A program made the position numbers and the translations under genes. Below are positions 9,410 to 17,425 of a stretch of 64,000 bases of DNA, one piece after another. Each line of letters starts with the position of its first letter. The stretch's first letter is position 1. Source of the stretch: an uncultured Parvularculaceae bacterium (GTDB taxonomy: Bacteria > Pseudomonadota > Alphaproteobacteria > Caulobacterales > Parvularculaceae); the NCBI GenBank assembly GCA_938015425.1, contig CALLPQ010000030.1, positions 2,649 through 66,648 on the forward strand, read 5' to 3'. A model generated the notes under the pieces. The model searched no databases. It was not told the origin of the DNA and saw only the letters and a program-made list of their open reading frames with translations.

Positions 9410-10465
9410 ATGGATAATAATCGATCTGATGAGAAGGGTCATATTAGCGTGGGCGATAATGGGGATGACGGGGATAAAACCCCGCTAAAGGAAAAAATGA
9501 AGCCTAAATCTGCCACCCTACCAGCATCCCAGCCAGCTTCTGTATACGGGATGCAGCTTGATGCGGTCACAAAGCCGGACGCGGAAGTCGCTGGTCGTGA
9601 AGTCGCTGGTCGTGGGGAACAAGACCATCCCATACAAATGCCAAGTGTTGAAAAAATGGCTGGGCTGTCGATTGTGACCCCGATGTATAATGAAAAGTTG
9701 GGGGCGCGTGAGTTTGTTATGGAGCTCCATACCATGCTGGATAAAATCCCTGAGATATCAAAAGAAATTATCGTGGTGGATGATGGTTCTTCTGACGGCA
9801 CCAAACAGGTTTTAATGGATTTGAAAAAGGCGCTAGACCAAGACCATAGGGGACGCCTTCGGGTGGTTTGCCACGAGAATAATGCGGGGCAAAGCCGTGC
9901 CATCAGGACCGGTGTTATTGCTGCAAGATATAATGTGATTGCGATGATTGATGGTGATGGTCAAAATGATCCGGCGGATATTCCCGCCGCTTATGCCATG
10001 TTGCGAAAAGACTTTAATGAACAGGATGAAAAACCGGCATTAAAACAGAATTTGCCTCTTGATCGTTTAAAAGACAATACGGGGGAAAAACTGGTGATGG
10101 TGGCAGGGGAACGCCAAAAACGCCAAGATAGCGGGGCAAAAAAGTTTGGGTCCCGTTTTGCCAATAAAGTGCGCCAAGGGCTATTGAAAGATGGCGCAGC
10201 CGATAGTGGTTGCGGCATGAAAGTCTTTTATCGTGATGCTTTTATGCGACTTCCCTATTTTGATCATATCCACCGATATCTGCCGTTTATGATGCAACGG
10301 GAAGGCTTTAAAGTGGCGTTTATGCCCGTTGGGCACAGGCCGCGCGTGCATGGACAATCAAAATACACCAATTGGGGGCGTTTGGTGGTGGCGTTTCGTG
10401 ACCTGTTCGGGGTTTTATGGCTTAAAGCGCGCTCTCGTTCTCCCCATAATATTTCCGAGTTATAG
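9410..10465 (+). CDS. GT2 polyprenyl-phosphate glycosyltransferase (ArnC/GtrB/DPM1-like)
   Basis: Core LSIVTPMYNE...VVDDGSSDGT...IDGDGQNDP. Start is uncertain: the ATG at 9497 has the best SD (AAAGGA), so the acidic N-terminal extension from 9410 may not be translated. Confidence 0.8.
   Translation: MDNNRSDEKGHISVGDNGDDGDKTPLKEKMKPKSATLPASQPASVYGMQLDAVTKPDAEVAGREVAGRGEQDHPIQMPSVEKMAGLSIVTPMYNEKLGAREFVMELHTMLDKIPEISKEIIVVDDGSSDGTKQVLMDLKKALDQDHRGRLRVVCHENNAGQSRAIRTGVIAARYNVIAMIDGDGQNDPADIPAAYAMLRKDFNEQDEKPALKQNLPLDRLKDNTGEKLVMVAGERQKRQDSGAKKFGSRFANKVRQGLLKDGAADSGCGMKVFYRDAFMRLPYFDHIHRYLPFMMQREGFKVAFMPVGHRPRVHGQSKYTNWGRLVVAFRDLFGVLWLKARSRSPHNISEL
9584..9613 (+). repeat. Perfect 15-bp tandem duplication (GAAGTCGCTGGTCGT x2), in frame
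   Basis: Read directly from the sequence. Encodes EVAGR-EVAGR in the N-terminal extension of the GT2 ORF. Confidence 0.9.
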
Positions 10466-10590
10466 CATCATTATGGTGATATCTATTGCCAAGATGTAAT
10501 AGAATAACGTATCATTAACCAAGCATTAACCCTTTAAATGGGTGGTGGCGCTTTTACTGTCAGCTGTTTTTACGAATAAGTTTTTGTGAT

Positions 10591-10646
10591 GCCTCTTTTT
10601 GCCGTTACCCTTTTTTGCCAATATCCCTTTTGCCAATATCCCTTTT
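10591..10646 (+). repeat. Four degenerate/perfect ~15-bp tandem units (GCCAATATCCCTTTT x2 perfect) just upstream of a start codon
   Basis: GCCTCTTTTT GCCGTTACCCTTTTTT GCCAATATCCCTTTT GCCAATATCCCTTTT, ending 14 nt before the ATG at 10661. Confidence 0.85.
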
Positions 10647-10660
10647 GAAAGAGACCGATA

Positions 10661-11095
10661 ATGTATCAGATATTTCCATTGCTTGCTGCCAATCTCATTA
10701 TTTTTGCGGTGATTACATTTACAGGTGTTGGTGATGTCACAACCGCCGCAGGGGTTACCCCTTGGTATGATGTGGTAGTTGCACCCTTGGTCTTATATTC
10801 TGGTGATACATGGAATGTTACATGGGGTGCCATATTTCTTGTGGCGAGTATGGGGCTTTTATTTATAGAGCTTGTACGGGCAACAAATACGGGTACGGAA
10901 TCAATTACCAACCATTTATTATCGTTTTTATTGTTTATCGCCACCCTATTATTATTCATCTTGGCGCCGGGGTTCGGGAATACAACATTTTTCGTCTTTA
11001 TGACGATGACTTTTCTAGACCCGATGGCCGGATTCATTGTGACAACGGTGACGGCTCGCCGTGATTTCGGGGTTACGGATGGGCTTGGTCGCTAA
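10661..11095 (+). CDS. Small integral membrane protein (about 4 TM), unknown function
   Basis: 144 aa with four hydrophobic segments. GAAAGAGA lies upstream of the ATG. Sits downstream of the GT2 gene. Confidence 0.55.
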   Translation: MYQIFPLLAANLIIFAVITFTGVGDVTTAAGVTPWYDVVVAPLVLYSGDTWNVTWGAIFLVASMGLLFIELVRATNTGTESITNHLLSFLLFIATLLLFILAPGFGNTTFFVFMTMTFLDPMAGFIVTTVTARRDFGVTDGLGR

Positions 11096-11134
11096 CGGCT
11101 ATACCCTAACGGCTATAAAAGTCTAGTTCCAAAG

Positions 11135-11245
11135 CGGGTAAACACCTTTAGCAGATTGTAAATCAGATGTTTGTTTCAACAGTTTTCTACTCAACAATTT
11201 TCTACGGTTCCGGCTCTACATATTAAATGAGGGTCACAAGTTGGG
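11135..11245 (+). repeat. Dispersed intergenic repeat family, locus B (diverged copy with internal 15-bp duplication)
   Basis: CGGGTAAACACCTTTAGCAGATTGTAAATCAGATGTTTGTTTCAAC...ACGGTTCCGGCTCT...AAATGAGGGTCACAAGTTGGG. Internal duplication CAACAGTTTTCTAC/TCAACAATTTTCTAC. Confidence 0.8.
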
Positions 11246-11362
11246 CGTGGTGATGTCCATCCGCTAACTTTAATTCTTATCTGGCTTTTTGGTTTAGGCC
11301 CATCGTACAAACATAATACGGGGCACGAACATATAAGGGGCTTTTTAAACAAACTTATTGTA

Positions 11363-11815
11363 TTAAAAAAGTTGGTTGATCATGTTCAGGCTTGGTTTCA
11401 ACTCTTGTCTGTTGACTTGTAAATTCTTTTGATACGTTGTGCTGACACCTTGATAGAGTGATTGCTCGTAAGGTGAGGTCCGTTTTTCGGTGATCATTAA
11501 GTTTTTTTGGTCCGGTTGTGGTGACCGGGTTTGTTCTCTTCTGGTTGATTTTTGTTGATCGCTAGACCTGCGATTATAGCGCGGATTTGAGTTTTCTTGT
11601 GCCCCATAGCTATCATTGATAGACGAGGTTTCTTTGCGGATACCTCGAACCCTTGAATTGACGCCTTCTTGACGCGCTTCCACCTTGCCCAGAGGGGGAG
11701 AGGTTTCTTGATTAGAGGAAAACGGGTGTTGCCGGGACAAAACCTCACAACAAGATGCGGTTTTTGTCTCTGATTGCGCCGGATCAGCGCCTATATGGTT
11801 AAAGAAACCTTTCAT
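11363..11815 (-). CDS. Hypothetical hydrophilic, probably disordered protein (150 aa)
   Basis: Only an ORF. S/Q/R/N/E-rich, no recognisable motif, weak SD. Fills an otherwise 780-bp gap. Confidence 0.35.
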   Translation of the reverse strand: MKGFFNHIGADPAQSETKTASCCEVLSRQHPFSSNQETSPPLGKVEARQEGVNSRVRGIRKETSSINDSYGAQENSNPRYNRRSSDQQKSTRREQTRSPQPDQKNLMITEKRTSPYEQSLYQGVSTTYQKNLQVNRQELKPSLNMINQLF

Positions 11816-11918
11816 ACCTACAAATAAGCAAAATTAAAGCCAATAAATTTGGTTTGGTTCAAATTTTATTTACTCCTTAGTGCTTTTATGTTCTGGGGAG
11901 AAATACGAAAGCAGAATT

Positions 11919-13856
11919 ATGTCGCACCCGAAAACTGTCCAAGATAAAATAGACGTTATTAATCGTGATGCTCTTGATAATGAGACCTTGAATGTAGGTG
12001 GCCAACAATCCCCTGCTATGACTAGGTTATTGGAGAATGGTTTGCCTCAAAAGATTATTTCTTCACCTGATCTAGACGATAATCGTGTGATTGATAGGCA
12101 ATTTTTTGAAGATGGTAGAGCATCGTTTTTTGGAGACCAAGATCGTGAGGACGAACGGTTAGATGATGTTTTAGAAACCTCTCAAACCGATAAATCAGCC
12201 GAGGTTCAGGCCGAAGGACGACTACAGACCTTGTTTGAATTTGATCCTAATACGGGGTATATGAGCTGGACGGATAAGCGGGTGGCGGCCCATTTAATGG
12301 GCACACCGAAAGCCGATCCGGCTATTTGTCATAAATCCTATACGACCATGATTTGCGATAAAGAGTTAGAAACACGCCAACAGGCCTTTGCCGGAGAGCA
12401 AACCAGCTATTTTTGCCAATATCAATTAATGCGTGAAGATAAAACTTTGCACTGGGTTGATGAGCGCGGGGGCTGGATTGGGTCAGGTTCGGCGCGCCGT
12501 CTCATCGGTGTGGTTCGGTCTTTGGAAAGTCAAAAAACCCGCGAGCGTGAATTGTCTCGCCTTGCCAGAAGTGACGAATTAACAGGCTTGTTAAATCGCA
12601 CCTCTATGCGGTCTTATCTTGACCAGTGGTTTAGCGATGCGAAATTAGTACCCAAAATTGGTGTTTATTTTCTGGTCGGGGTTGATAATCTTGGAGCAAT
12701 CAATGCCGATTTTGGTTTTGAGGCTGCGGATCAGGTTATTACTGAAATTGCTCTACGCTTGGAGACTTTGTTTGGAGACCGCGCTTATATAAGCCGTGTA
12801 GCGGGTACAAAATTTGGTATACTGATTAAAGAATGCAATCATGAATGTGTACGTAATTATAGCAAACAAATATTGAATTGCGTGCGTGAAGATGTAATCG
12901 ATACCAGCAAAGGTGTTATTGCTGCATCGGTGAGTATGGGCTCGGTTATGTTGCCCGAATTTGCAGTTAATAGTCAGACAACAATGTCTCGGGCTGAAGC
13001 TGCGCTGGATGAAGCAAAACGCTTGGGCCCAGCCAGTTATTGTGTGTTTTCCGAAACTACCGATAATGTTTCTATGCGACGTCGCAATAGCCGGATGTCG
13101 GATGTTATTTTAACAGCGCTAAATGAACATCGTATTCAATTAGCTTTTCAAGAGATTGTGAGTGATCTAGAGACACCGCCCTCGAAATATGAATGTCTTA
13201 TTCGTATGCGCGGGGAGCAAGGTGAATTAATTCCAGCACCAGATTTCATTCTGCCTGCTGAGCGTTTAGGGTTAGTACATTTGCTTGATCGTCGGGTTTT
13301 GGAATTGGCGATTAATACATTAGCGGTTTGTCCCAATATTCACTTGAATGTTAATGTTTCGATGGAGACAGTAAAAGATTTCGTTTGGGCCGAAGCTTAT
13401 ATATCGCATTTGCGGGCGAATAAGAATTTGGCAAACCGCATCACCGTTGAGTTAACAGAAACACAAGTGATCGACGCCATTGATTCATCAATTGAGTTTG
13501 TTTCTGAAATCAAAAAACTGGGCTGTGAGTTTGCGATTGATGATTTCGGCGCTGGATATACGTCATTTAGAAATTTAAAAGCATTGGATATTGATGTTTT
13601 AAAAATTGACGGGTCTTTCGTGACGGGGCTTGCATCGTCACGGGAGAATCAACTTTTCGTTCGTACATTGCTTGATCTGGCAAGAAATTTTGAAATGAAA
13701 ACCGTTGCTGAATGGGTGGATAATGAAGCGGATGCTATGCTTTTAAAAGGGCTTGGGGTTGATTTTCTGCAAGGGTTTTTAATTGGAAAACCGGAAATTT
13801 TTCCCGATTGGTTGCCTGAAGGGGCGCCCAGTAAGTCCAATAAACCCCGTAAATAA
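11919..13856 (+). CDS. c-di-GMP signalling protein: sensory N-terminus + degenerate GGDEF + intact EAL phosphodiesterase domain
   Basis: The GGDEF position reads AGTKF. EAL-domain motifs are present: ECLIR, PAERLG, NVNVS, VELTE, IDDFGAGYTSF, KIDGSF, AEWVD, LQG. The ATG at 11919 is preferred over the GTG at 11880. Confidence 0.85.
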   Translation: MSHPKTVQDKIDVINRDALDNETLNVGGQQSPAMTRLLENGLPQKIISSPDLDDNRVIDRQFFEDGRASFFGDQDREDERLDDVLETSQTDKSAEVQAEGRLQTLFEFDPNTGYMSWTDKRVAAHLMGTPKADPAICHKSYTTMICDKELETRQQAFAGEQTSYFCQYQLMREDKTLHWVDERGGWIGSGSARRLIGVVRSLESQKTRERELSRLARSDELTGLLNRTSMRSYLDQWFSDAKLVPKIGVYFLVGVDNLGAINADFGFEAADQVITEIALRLETLFGDRAYISRVAGTKFGILIKECNHECVRNYSKQILNCVREDVIDTSKGVIAASVSMGSVMLPEFAVNSQTTMSRAEAALDEAKRLGPASYCVFSETTDNVSMRRRNSRMSDVILTALNEHRIQLAFQEIVSDLETPPSKYECLIRMRGEQGELIPAPDFILPAERLGLVHLLDRRVLELAINTLAVCPNIHLNVNVSMETVKDFVWAEAYISHLRANKNLANRITVELTETQVIDAIDSSIEFVSEIKKLGCEFAIDDFGAGYTSFRNLKALDIDVLKIDGSFVTGLASSRENQLFVRTLLDLARNFEMKTVAEWVDNEADAMLLKGLGVDFLQGFLIGKPEIFPDWLPEGAPSKSNKPRK

Positions 13857-13872
13857 CCGGCAATTGATAACC

Positions 13873-14973
13873 TTATCGTACGATAGTTAGTTTTTCTGCG
13901 GCCCTTGTGACGGCGGTATAAAGCCACCGTTGCGAGTGTTCACGAAAGGCCCAACTTTCGTCAAACAAGACAACATGTTCCCATTGTGATCCTTGGGCTT
14001 TATGGACAGTTAGGGCGTACCCATAATCAAATTCATCCGCATTGCGACGTTGTGCGAAGGGAATGTTTTCGGCGCCATCGGTAAAGAAGTCTTTTGGCAC
14101 GTTAATGTTGACGGCCTTCCCGCCTTCTTCGGGTTTGACACTAAGGCGGGTTTTGTTGCCGCGCGGAGATTTTTTAAGAGTTACATCCCACAAACCGCCA
14201 TTGAGTAAGCCTTTTTTCTTGTTGTTACGAAGGCATACCAGTTTTTCTCCCACTTCCGGCGTTAAATCCGTATGTCCTTTAAGTTCACGTATGCGATCAT
14301 TAAATTTGCGGCGTGTTTTATTAGTGCCAACAAGGACTTGATCACAATCTAAAATGGCATCGGCACTGATGTCGCGTTTCGTGAGGAAATTTAAATAGTC
14401 ATTTTGGTTTTGTGTGTGATCCTCAAAGCCGCGCCCTTCCCGGATGTCCATGGAGAGGCGGATAATCGGATTATCAGCGGCTTGGCGATGAATTTCACTC
14501 AACATAAAGTCGGGCTCGCCTTCTGTAAAAAAACCGCCCCCCTTCACGGGGGGGAGTTGTGCCGGATCACCCAATACTAAAACAGGATTACCAAAAGACA
14601 GCAGATCGCGTCCTAAATCCTCATCCACCATTGAGCATTCATCAATGATAATTAGATCGGCTTTAGACGCGGGCGCATCGCGGCGGATGGTGAAACTGGG
14701 GCCCTCATCACTTTCTTCATCCGAGGTCGGACGATAGATAAGACTGTGCAATGTGCTGGCGTCGGTGCACCCTTTTTGTCGCATGACATAAGCGGCTTTA
14801 CCTGTGAAAGCGCCAAAGGCAACCTCGCCATTGGCGTTTTCGGCAATATGACGGGCAAGAGTGGTTTTGCCGGCACCTGCATACCCAAATAATTTAAAGA
14901 CAGGTGTTTGCCCTTTCTTCAGCCATTGATCTACAGCTTTAAGGGCGCTTTCTTGATCTTGAGAAAATTTCAT
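13873..14973 (-). CDS. SF1B RecD/Dda/Pif1-like DNA helicase (compact, about 366 aa)
   Basis: Walker A GYAGAGKTT, Walker B LIIIDECSM, VLGDPAQLPPV, ALTVHKAQGSQWEHVVL. The ATG overlaps the xthA stop (TAATG). Confidence 0.8.
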   Translation of the reverse strand: MKFSQDQESALKAVDQWLKKGQTPVFKLFGYAGAGKTTLARHIAENANGEVAFGAFTGKAAYVMRQKGCTDASTLHSLIYRPTSDEESDEGPSFTIRRDAPASKADLIIIDECSMVDEDLGRDLLSFGNPVLVLGDPAQLPPVKGGGFFTEGEPDFMLSEIHRQAADNPIIRLSMDIREGRGFEDHTQNQNDYLNFLTKRDISADAILDCDQVLVGTNKTRRKFNDRIRELKGHTDLTPEVGEKLVCLRNNKKKGLLNGGLWDVTLKKSPRGNKTRLSVKPEEGGKAVNINVPKDFFTDGAENIPFAQRRNADEFDYGYALTVHKAQGSQWEHVVLFDESWAFREHSQRWLYTAVTRAAEKLTIVR

Positions 14974-15755
14974 TATGCAAGCTCGACCCATATAGGAACG
15001 TGGTCTGACGGTTTTTCTTTGTCGCGCTCTTGTTGATCAACCCCCACATTCTCTAACCGATCGGCGGCCATGGGCGAAAGTAAGAGATGGTCAATCCTGA
15101 TGCCGTGATCTTTTGGCCAAGCGCCGCGTTGATAATCCCAAAATGTGTATTGTATCGCGTTGGGGTCGGTTTGGCGAAAGGCATCAGTAAGCCCTAAATT
15201 TAACAATGCCCTGAATTTATTGCGTGTCTCTGGCAGAAAAAGCGCATCTTGCGCCCATCCTTTGGGATCATAACAATCTTCTTCTTGGGGGATAACGTTA
15301 TAATCGCCGGCAAGAATAAAGGCCTCTTCATAAGATAGAAGCTCTTTGGCGCGCGCGTGTAAATGATCCATCCAGTCGAGCTTATAATCGTATTTTGGAC
15401 CGGGGCAGGGGTTACCATTGGGTAAATATAATCCGCCTACCCTAATAGGGTCTTTATCTGTAGGCATGACAAGGGCTTCGATATAGCGTGCTTGCTCATC
15501 ATCTTCATTACCGGGTAGGCCGCGTTGAATATCCTCGATTGGATGTTTAGACAGAAACGCCACGCCATTATAGGATTTTTGACCGTGTACGGCGACGTTA
15601 TATCCGCGATCTTCCAATGGGCCTGCCGGAAATTTTTCATCAATACATTTTATTTCCTGCAAGACCGCAACATCAGGTTTTGCGTGATCAAACCATTCAA
15701 GGATGCGGGGAAGACGGGCATTGATTGAATTTACGTTGAAGGTGGCTATTTTCAT
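14973..15755 (-). CDS. xthA: Exodeoxyribonuclease III
   Basis: MKIATFNVNSINARL...LQEIK...SDHVPIW; full-length ExoIII/APE1-family signature. Confidence 0.9.
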   Translation of the reverse strand: MKIATFNVNSINARLPRILEWFDHAKPDVAVLQEIKCIDEKFPAGPLEDRGYNVAVHGQKSYNGVAFLSKHPIEDIQRGLPGNEDDEQARYIEALVMPTDKDPIRVGGLYLPNGNPCPGPKYDYKLDWMDHLHARAKELLSYEEAFILAGDYNVIPQEEDCYDPKGWAQDALFLPETRNKFRALLNLGLTDAFRQTDPNAIQYTFWDYQRGAWPKDHGIRIDHLLLSPMAADRLENVGVDQQERDKEKPSDHVPIWVELA

Positions 15756-15904
15756 AAGGGCCTAAGGATTAAGAGTTAAGTGATTACGTGGTTTGATGAA
15801 GCCGTAGATGAGACCCAAAGTTGAATTGCAGTCTGCGTACCATTCACATAGTTATACTGTCGAGAGGTGATTCGACAATCTTTCTGGTCGTGTTGCCAAC
15901 GCTT

Positions 15905-16294
15905 TTAATCTCTAGCGCTCTTCGTTTCTTCTTGGGGAGGGGCTTTTTTATGAGTTGGGGTGCCATATCGGGGGGTCCATTGCCAATCCCCATATTTCCA
16001 TGCTTTCCACCCGGCATTGGCAAGGGTTTCCGGCACATCATCAAAGCCGTGACTTCCCCATGGGTGGCACCGGGATAATCGCGATAATGTTAACCAAAAC
16101 CCGCGCCATAATCCATGATGTAAAAAGGCCTGTTGAGCATAGTCGGAGCAGCTTGGTGTGTGACGGCATTTAACGCCAAACGCGCTGAGAACAGGGGATA
16201 TCCCTAATCGATAGATTTTAATCATGAACAGTGCCAAGCCAAGGCATACAGTGTTAATGACTTTCTTTAAAGATAGTTTTGTTATTCGTTCCAT
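15905..16294 (-). CDS. yidD: Membrane protein insertion efficiency factor YidD, with a C-terminal extension
   Basis: YRLGISPVLS...CRHTPSCSDYAQQAF...GLWRGFWLTLSRLSRCHPWGSHGFDDVP. Confidence 0.8.
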   Translation of the reverse strand: MERITKLSLKKVINTVCLGLALFMIKIYRLGISPVLSAFGVKCRHTPSCSDYAQQAFLHHGLWRGFWLTLSRLSRCHPWGSHGFDDVPETLANAGWKAWKYGDWQWTPRYGTPTHKKAPPQEETKSARD

Positions 16295-16565
16295 TAAATA
16301 TTCATTTTGGCCTTGGCTCTAGGGGGTATAGTGGGAATCTGACGTATCGATTTATATCTAAAAGCGAGAGAGTTTACCATAATACATGCAATGGATGTAT
16401 TTACAGCTAAAAATGCTCTGTTCTGCGGAAGCTATTTGACAGTTAACTACGCTGTTTGTTAATAATTATTAAGGTTTTACATATTGAAGCCCTTAAGTTG
16501 AGTTATCTCCGCACTAAGCCTTATTGGGAAAGGTGTGTTGGAGATATTATATGGTGGTATATTTT

Positions 16566-17297
16566 ATGAAAAAATTTTTAATTCCTCTCATTGCTTCCGG
16601 CATGATGAGTTCAGCAGCATTGGCTGAGATTGTTGTTCTTGATTTTGATGCTCTTGCGGCCGGTGAAACTGTAAGTGGCCAAATCAATCCTTTTGTTAGT
16701 CTTACCACGACAGGCGGGGCAGGGACTGCGATTGCTTTTGATACCAACAACCCGACTGGCGGCGATGAAGATCTTGAGATTTTTTTCAATGCCTCGGAAG
16801 GCTTTGGTCCTCCCCCTTCAGGTAATGTATTGATTATCGCGGAGAACCTGAATGACGCCAATAATGACGGATTGGTCGATATTCCTGATGATAATGCGGG
16901 CGGCGGTACGTTCACATTTGACTTTGTTGAAGAAGTGACTTTCCTTGGTTTTAATGGGATCGATTTTACAGATGCAAATGGCTTTTTGCAGGTAGATCTG
17001 TTTGGTGATCTTGGGTCTCTATTCTCGTTTGCAATTGATGATGTTGCTGGCCCCGGAATTGATTCCGTGCTTGAGGTTGGGGACAATACATTTATAGGCT
17101 TGTTTGCCAATATTTTTGGCGCTGATGGTGTTGCCGGTGTTACCCAAGCCGTTATCACCCTTGGGGGGTCTGGTGCGATCGATAGTTTAACATTCGAGAT
17201 TAGCGAAGTTCCTGTTCCTGCGGCGCTTCCTCTAATGCTCACAGCACTTGGCTTTGGCGGATATATCTCCCGCCGTCGCAAAACGAAAAATATATAG
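16566..17297 (+). CDS. Secreted acidic protein with a VPLPA-CTERM (PEP-CTERM variant) sorting tail
   Basis: Signal peptide MKKFLIPLIASGMMSSAALA. C-terminus VPVPAALPLMLTALGFGGYISRRRKTK (motif + TM helix + Arg cluster). The ATG at 16566 has GGTGG 8 nt upstream. Confidence 0.75.
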   Translation: MKKFLIPLIASGMMSSAALAEIVVLDFDALAAGETVSGQINPFVSLTTTGGAGTAIAFDTNNPTGGDEDLEIFFNASEGFGPPPSGNVLIIAENLNDANNDGLVDIPDDNAGGGTFTFDFVEEVTFLGFNGIDFTDANGFLQVDLFGDLGSLFSFAIDDVAGPGIDSVLEVGDNTFIGLFANIFGADGVAGVTQAVITLGGSGAIDSLTFEISEVPVPAALPLMLTALGFGGYISRRRKTKNI

Positions 17298-17329
17298 TCG
17301 TATTAATACTGATTAAAAGATAATCAAAG

Positions 17330-17360
17330 AAACACCCCGGATAATTCCGGGGTGTTTTTT
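17330..17360 (+). terminator. Intrinsic terminator
   Basis: AACACCCCGG-ATAATT-CCGGGGTGTT followed by TTTT. Confidence 0.85.
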
Positions 17361-17425
17361 ATGGTCTTGTAAAATCAAAACCCTTTATTTGGTCGCGATA
17401 TATTTATGCTGAATTGAAAAATGTT

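Noticed and set aside
9439-9903. 154-aa antisense ORF inside the GT2 gene. Similar shadow or alternate-frame ORFs occur at 1330-1767, 23971-24399, 29556-30008, 42355-42807, 44785-45111, 53126-53452 and 57987-58442.
   Set aside because: All lie fully inside strongly supported genes on the other strand or frame, and none has a recognisable motif or SD.
16547-17281. 244-aa ORF antisense to the VPLPA-CTERM gene
   Set aside because: It is a mirror ORF of a compositionally biased gene. The product is P/S/R-rich with no start context or motif, whereas the sense strand has a signal peptide, a sorting tail and a terminator.
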